Below are positions 58,876 through 64,000 of a stretch of 64,000 nucleotides of DNA, in pieces. The number at the start of each line of letters is the position of its first letter. Position 1 is the stretch's first letter. The stretch comes from Candidatus Poribacteria bacterium (GTDB taxonomy: Bacteria; Poribacteria; WGA-4E; WGA-3G): contig OZ219753.1 in assembly GCA_964291315.2 (NCBI GenBank), positions 64,001 through 128,000 on the forward strand. The letters run 5' to 3'. The translations under genes were made by a program, and so were the position numbers. Under the pieces are notes generated by a model. That model had not been told where the DNA came from. It did no database searches and saw nothing but the letters and a program-made list of their open reading frames with translations.

Positions 58876-59796
58876 ATGGCAATACACCACTTTGAACCGA
58901 ACGTCTATTACACAGCAATCGGTGCCCACAAACCGGTACTCCATATCGAGAGCGGGGACACCGTTTTCACAACGACCGTGGATAACGCAGGCTATGATGC
59001 CTCGGATACACAAGTTACCGCAGGTGGCAACCCACAGACGGGTCCTTTTTATGTTGAATCGGCAGAACCGGGCGACACGTTAGCCGTTCATTTGGATCGG
59101 ATCGTCCCGAATCGTTTAATTGGACGGACAGCTATGACCGTTGCGCCCAATGTGCTTGATCCACATTATGTAGTTTCTGAAATGCCCGAACGGGGGAGCG
59201 CAGAATGGCATGTGGATGTCGAGAAGTGGACAGCGACATTGATGACTCCAGAGACGCAGTTAGGTAAGCTCACACTGCCACTTGAACCGATGATCGGATG
59301 TTTTGGGGTTGCGCCACCACGTGGACAAGCGATTTCGACGGCGACCTCTTCTACCCACGGTGGCAATATGGATTATCGCGGTTTTCAGGCGGGGGTTACC
59401 GTCTACTTCCCTGTTTTTGTTCCCGGCGCGCTTTTTCACCTTGGTGATGGCCATGCGGTACAAGGCGACGGTGAGATTGTTGGGACTGGCATTGAAATTT
59501 CTTTTCACGTACAGTTTACGGTTGAAGTGATCAAGGGAAAAACCATTAATTGGCCCCGTGCGGAGAACATCGATTATATTCTCGCGACTGGCAATGCACG
59601 TCCGTTGGATCAGGCGGTTCAACATGCAACAACCGAGCTTCTCCGGTGGTTAGATGAGCTCGGTTTGGAGAAACGCTCAGCGCATATCTTATTGGGGCAG
59701 GCGGTAGAATATGATATGGGAAACGTTTTTGATCCCGCGTATACAATGGTCTGCAAAATTAAAAAGTCAATATTACGCCAGATTGGGGTCATGTAA
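58876..59796 (+). CDS. Acetamidase/formamidase family protein
   Basis: TGPFYVESAEPGD, HGGNMD, GDGHAVQGDGE. Confidence 0.9.
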   Translation: MAIHHFEPNVYYTAIGAHKPVLHIESGDTVFTTTVDNAGYDASDTQVTAGGNPQTGPFYVESAEPGDTLAVHLDRIVPNRLIGRTAMTVAPNVLDPHYVVSEMPERGSAEWHVDVEKWTATLMTPETQLGKLTLPLEPMIGCFGVAPPRGQAISTATSSTHGGNMDYRGFQAGVTVYFPVFVPGALFHLGDGHAVQGDGEIVGTGIEISFHVQFTVEVIKGKTINWPRAENIDYILATGNARPLDQAVQHATTELLRWLDELGLEKRSAHILLGQAVEYDMGNVFDPAYTMVCKIKKSILRQIGVM

Positions 59797-60046
59797 TTAG
59801 TTATACATTTGTATAATATCTTCCAAAGTTCGGTTATGATTGTATTGCCAACGTTTCTTTAATGTTCGCAAAATTATAGATTGTCCGTCGTGAAGCTTTG
59901 AAGAGGCGTTCAGCCTCGGCTTTACTGCTCCAGCTCTGACAAAGTTTAAGACGCGTTTGCGGGAATCTGTTGAATATTTCGTAACTGTAAAGACTCACAG
60001 GCATGCCGTAATATCTAAGCTTATTTATACAATTTACTATATTTGC

Positions 60047-60874
60047 TCAGGGTTTGTTCATGTTCAGTCCTGACATGGATCTAAGATTCAACAGCGGGGT
60101 CGTCACACCCCCGGTAGCGGGGATAACAACGCCAGTGTCGTAAAGTTTCATGGCAGAAATAGTGGCGTGTGCGACATCTTCAGGCGTTCCAGATCGGACC
60201 ATAAAGATGTAGCCCTGTCTCGCTGCTTCCTCATAATCTGGGATACGGACGCGCGATAGGTCGGTGTTAATCACCCCGGCGGCGATGCCGTTTACTTTAA
60301 TGCCGTGCTCTGCAAGTCGTCCGGCGTAAGCGCGCATGCTCATCTCTAATCCTGCTTTTGAGATACAGTAGGCGGTTCGGTTGTCGGATGCCGTTGTGTC
60401 GGAAATAGAGAGCGTGTAGATAATGCATCCGCGGATATTTTTGCCTACCATGTAGTTAGCGATGCGTTGTGTAAGAAAGTGGGTTGCTTTGAGGTTAGTG
60501 TTGATAATAACATCGAACTGCTCCGGTGTCTCCTCAAGAATGTCTGCGATACGTGTGATACCGGCGTTATTGATGAGGATATCTACTTTCCCAAAGGCAT
60601 CGTGTGCGGTGTTAAGTAGTTTTTCGTGTGCATGGAGGTCGCTGATGTCGGCTTGAGTGATAACCGCTTTTCTGCCGAGCGCTTCTATTTCTTGTTGCAC
60701 GGATTCAGCAGCATCGCGGTTTTGGTTGTAATTGATCAGTACGTCGGCCCCTTGGCGTGCCAATTCAATTGCGATTGCTCGTCCGATGCCGCGACTGGCT
60801 CCGGTGACGATTGCGGATTTGTCTATGAAGGAAACGTCTGTTTCAAAAAAACCGAGGTCTGTGTGTATTGACAT
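60047..60874 (-). CDS. SDR family oxidoreductase
   Basis: TGASRGIG, NNAG, YCISK. Confidence 0.9.
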   Translation of the reverse strand: MSIHTDLGFFETDVSFIDKSAIVTGASRGIGRAIAIELARQGADVLINYNQNRDAAESVQQEIEALGRKAVITQADISDLHAHEKLLNTAHDAFGKVDILINNAGITRIADILEETPEQFDVIINTNLKATHFLTQRIANYMVGKNIRGCIIYTLSISDTTASDNRTAYCISKAGLEMSMRAYAGRLAEHGIKVNGIAAGVINTDLSRVRIPDYEEAARQGYIFMVRSGTPEDVAHATISAMKLYDTGVVIPATGGVTTPLLNLRSMSGLNMNKP

Positions 60875-61008
60875 CTATTTTCCTTTTTTCGTGGTTGTTT
60901 GTTGTCAACTGTGGGTTAAAAAATGGTTTGCTTAAGTCAAAACCTCTTTAACCGACAACAGCAAGAAATCTACGGCGTAGACTCCCGTATCGACAGCTGA
61001 TAACTAAT

Positions 61009-62115
61009 TTAATCTGAATATGGGTCTGCTGCATCGCGAAGGGCATCTCCGAAGAAGTTGAAGGCGATGACGACCACGAGCACCGGTACTGCTGGGAGAA
61101 TCAGCCACGGGTAATGGAGCAGAACAGTGACGCGCTGTGCTTCCTCTAGGAGGACACCCCAGCTCGTCATCGGTGGACGGATCCCCAACCCTAAGAAACT
61201 GAGTGCGGTTTCGCCCAGGATCATGCCGGGGACAGCGAGCGTGGCGATGACAATAATATGGCTGTAACATCCCGGTAGTAGGTGTTTTGTGATGATGTGC
61301 CAATGCCCTGCACCAGCAGCGCGCGCCGCCATTACGAAATCGCTTTCACGATATGCCAGGACCTTTCCGCGTACCTGTCGTGCTAGTCCGCCCCATCGGA
61401 TAATTGATAAAATAATTGTAATGCCGAAGTATATCTGAATACTTGACCACCCCGGTGGTAGAGCTGCCCCGAGTGCCATCCATAGTGGAATGTCTGGGAA
61501 TGCGGAAAGGATTTCGATAGTCCGTTGGATCAGGTTGTCTACCCATCCACCGCAGTAGCCGGAGATAGTGCCGAGAATCGAGCCGAGAACGATGCTCAAG
61601 AAAACGCCAACCAAACCGATTGTCATTGAGACGCGTGCTCCGTACATAATGCGTGAAAGCATATCGCGGCCCATCCGGTCGGTGCCTAAGAGGAACATAG
61701 GGCCGGCGGAGCTGAATAGGTGGTGCTTGCCGTTTGCGTCCTTGAAAAAGAATGTGGCGGGGAGTTTTTGGGACATATCCCTAGTGAATTCTAGTTCAAG
61801 ACTTTCTGGGTTCCGCACGGATTTCAGAGCGTGGACGTAAAATCCATCTTGGAGTGAGAAATGAAGCGATTGAGGAGGTACGTGGCGGAGCTGCATGTTA
61901 ATTTCACTATAGTGATACGGCGCGAAAAAGTCCGCACCAATAGCGAGAATGTAGAAAAGAATTAAGACCGCCCCGGAGATGATACCCATCCGGTTTTTGC
62001 GAAAGCGATGCCATATTAGTTGGCGGTAACTGAGTTGCCCTGCCTTGTTTGTGGTCTCCATTTCTTGGGCAGCCTCGGTTGTTTGATTGGATGTGCTTCT
62101 TTGCATTTCATTCAT
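61009..62115 (-). CDS. Peptide/oligosaccharide ABC permease (DppC-like)
   Basis: LGTDRMGRD, FVMAARAAGA, LSFLGLG, GDALRDAADP. Confidence 0.92.
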   Translation of the reverse strand: MNEMQRSTSNQTTEAAQEMETTNKAGQLSYRQLIWHRFRKNRMGIISGAVLILFYILAIGADFFAPYHYSEINMQLRHVPPQSLHFSLQDGFYVHALKSVRNPESLELEFTRDMSQKLPATFFFKDANGKHHLFSSAGPMFLLGTDRMGRDMLSRIMYGARVSMTIGLVGVFLSIVLGSILGTISGYCGGWVDNLIQRTIEILSAFPDIPLWMALGAALPPGWSSIQIYFGITIILSIIRWGGLARQVRGKVLAYRESDFVMAARAAGAGHWHIITKHLLPGCYSHIIVIATLAVPGMILGETALSFLGLGIRPPMTSWGVLLEEAQRVTVLLHYPWLILPAVPVLVVVIAFNFFGDALRDAADPYSD

Positions 62116-63094
62116 AGCGAATCCTCGGATCGACCCAAGCGAGGGCGATATCGGCAAGTAGGTTGCCGATAACTAAAAGGAGACTCAGCATCATAATTAG
62201 CGTCCCAGCGAGGTAGATGTCTTCGTTCAGTAAACTCCGCAAGAGGATCGGACCGACTGTGGGCAGACCGAGCACGATGGAGACAATTGCTGAACCTGAA
62301 AGAATGCCGGGTAGACTCATTCCCAAAATGCTGATAAGTGGATTGATTGCGATTCGCGCTGCATGCTTGCTCACGACGATAATCTCTTTAAGGCCCTTTG
62401 CCCGTGCGGTTTGGACAAAAGGTTGTCCCAAAACGTCAAGTAAATTGCCTCTCATGATACGCGTCAAGCTCGCGGTTCCATTGATTCCGACGACGATGAC
62501 AGGAATCCAGAGATGCTTAAAAAGATCGTTGAGTTTGCCCCACGTCCACGGTGCCCCTTCATAGTAAGCCGAGAAGAGCCCGAATAACGGAACCCCGAAA
62601 ATGTCAAATGCGAACACCATCATCGATAGTGCTAAAAGAAATGCAGGTATTGACATACCGACAAAACTCAGGAAGGTCAGAAAATGGTCTGACCACTGAT
62701 ATTGATGCGTTGCGGAATAGACTCCCAATGGGATAGCGAGAACATAGGTGAAGATGAGCGATCCGATAGAAATAAGGAGTGTGAAGGCGATTCTATCCCA
62801 TATCAGTTCGTGTACTTCTCGTTTATATTCAAACGATTCCCCGAACTTACCGCGCACAAAGCCACCTATCCAAATAAGATAGCGTTTCCACAAAGGTTCG
62901 TTCAACCCGTAGCGTTCACGCAGTTCCTCGACCTGTGTCAGCGAACTGCTATCACCGAATTCTTCCTCTAATCGTTGGATTTCACGGTCGAGGTAGTCCC
63001 CTTGCGGAAGTTGGATGATGATAAAAGAGATGATAGAAATCGCCGCGAGCGTCGGAATTGCGGTCAAACATCGGCGAATGATATAGGTGATTAT
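62108..63094 (-). CDS. Peptide/oligosaccharide ABC permease (DppB-like), apparently starting at ATA
   Basis: TARAKGL EAA-type motif; the conserved N-terminus ITYIIRR lies upstream of the track's TTG and follows AAGGAG-N8-ATA. Confidence 0.88.
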   Translation of the reverse strand: MITYIIRRCLTAIPTLAAISIISFIIIQLPQGDYLDREIQRLEEEFGDSSSLTQVEELRERYGLNEPLWKRYLIWIGGFVRGKFGESFEYKREVHELIWDRIAFTLLISIGSLIFTYVLAIPLGVYSATHQYQWSDHFLTFLSFVGMSIPAFLLALSMMVFAFDIFGVPLFGLFSAYYEGAPWTWGKLNDLFKHLWIPVIVVGINGTASLTRIMRGNLLDVLGQPFVQTARAKGLKEIIVVSKHAARIAINPLISILGMSLPGILSGSAIVSIVLGLPTVGPILLRSLLNEDIYLAGTLIMMLSLLLVIGNLLADIALAWVDPRIRYE

Positions 63095-63334
63095 CGGTCT
63101 GTCTCCTTGTTATCGGCTATCAGTATTCAGCGGCTGGCTTTTAATCTCTATTATTAGATAGCTCATTTCCCTGTTATAGTAAGAACCTACATTTTACTTG
63201 AGTAAGATTCGCAAGTTAGCGTGTAGATACAAGACTCGCAGCATGTTAGAAACTCGCTCCGGTATCTGTCGTTAAACCGTTGTCCTTTATCAAGAGTAGG
63301 AGGTTTTTGACGATGGAATGCTGACTGCTGATGG

Positions 63335-64000
63335 CTACTCCTTAGATATCCAACACTGTTCGGGGTAGCTGGTTGCGGGTGTAACGATCGCCCAGGGCCC
63401 CAAAATCCCGTCTTTTGGGACGTTGTGAAAGTGGTTCGCTACGACTAAGAGTGATGGTGAGCGTGCTGCGGAACCGAGGTGGAAGGGGCCCTCGTCGATG
63501 TGGATTCTAACAGCATCTCGGACGTATTGGTGTCGTTGTTTTTCGTCGGGTTCCTGCTTAATTTTATCGTATAAATCGAGCAACCGCTTTAGCGGTCCGG
63601 TGGGCGGTTCGCCCTTTTCTCCACCTGTTTCGTACCATTTTCCAACCTTGGGATGCCAATACTTAGGGAGTGTCGGAAACACCCAGTCAGGGTAAGTAAA
63701 AAGGTCCATTTCTGCTTCGCCGTGCATGCTGATTGTGAATTTGCCGAGTGTGCGCCGCAGACTTAATTCTGCTCCCGGGGGGGTATAGAGAAGTGTTTTT
63801 AGGCCCAGTTGCTCCCATCCTTCCTGAATAATTAACCCGATGTCGTTCTCTTGACTGTTGAGGTTGGAACTCGGCACATCCATGAGTATTTCAATCGTTT
63901 TGCCATCTGGACGGAGTCTGTAGTCGTCTTTATCGCGTTCTGTGAGTCCCATTTCGTCAAGGAGGCGGTTTCCTGCGTCAATGTCGAAGTTCGCGTCAGC
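63335..64000 (-). CDS. Family 5 ABC substrate-binding protein (C-terminal part; 5' end off window)
   Basis: AGNRLLDEMGL..RDKDDYRLRPDG motif; frame open to the window edge. Confidence 0.85.
   Translation of the reverse strand, partial: ADANFDIDAGNRLLDEMGLTERDKDDYRLRPDGKTIEILMDVPSSNLNSQENDIGLIIQEGWEQLGLKTLLYTPPGAELSLRRTLGKFTISMHGEAEMDLFTYPDWVFPTLPKYWHPKVGKWYETGGEKGEPPTGPLKRLLDLYDKIKQEPDEKQRHQYVRDAVRIHIDEGPFHLGSAARSPSLLVVANHFHNVPKDGILGPWAIVTPATSYPEQCWISKE

Noticed and set aside
1-64000. rRNA, tRNA, integrase, transposase or prophage genes
   Set aside because: None recognised by eye; a short RNA gene could be missed without tRNAscan or Infernal.

Overview
Bacterial chromosomal window of roughly 50% GC (by eye). 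The gene content points by inference to Candidatus Poribacteria: a lamin-tail-domain secreted protein, a LamG protein ending in KVTTTWGKLK, an internalin-like LRR protein with a FlgD/T9SS-like C-terminus, and two PhyH-like dioxygenases. About 47 CDSs are supported. Housekeeping genes include ftsY, an EF-G paralogue, rsmI, an ABC-F ATPase and cysK-cysH-sulfur carrier-JAB peptidase. Also present are an alpha-2-macroglobulin-pbpC operon, a single-chain restriction-modification gene, an N4-C methyltransferase-XPB helicase-DUF790/Bax1 operon, a cytochrome P460 paired with a Cyc2-like cytochrome-porin, and a radical SAM/SPASM cluster with two PCP_red-like domains. No rRNA, tRNA, CRISPR array or transposase was seen. 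The strongest unexplained signal is a ~470-520 bp promoter/leader cassette present twice, in front of unrelated exported proteins (24642-25107 minus, 37641-38160 plus), with a partial third copy at ~2590-2634. Each full copy has a consensus sigma70 promoter, a conserved hairpin, a small ORF starting MKCxK, a TTGCTTTTTAGCAA palindrome and a C9 tract. One copy reads through (114 aa) and the other is off by one base, which suggests a slipped-strand phase-variation or attenuation switch. GTAG-type REP hairpins nested in ~146-bp MITE-like elements are scattered through the intergenic regions.
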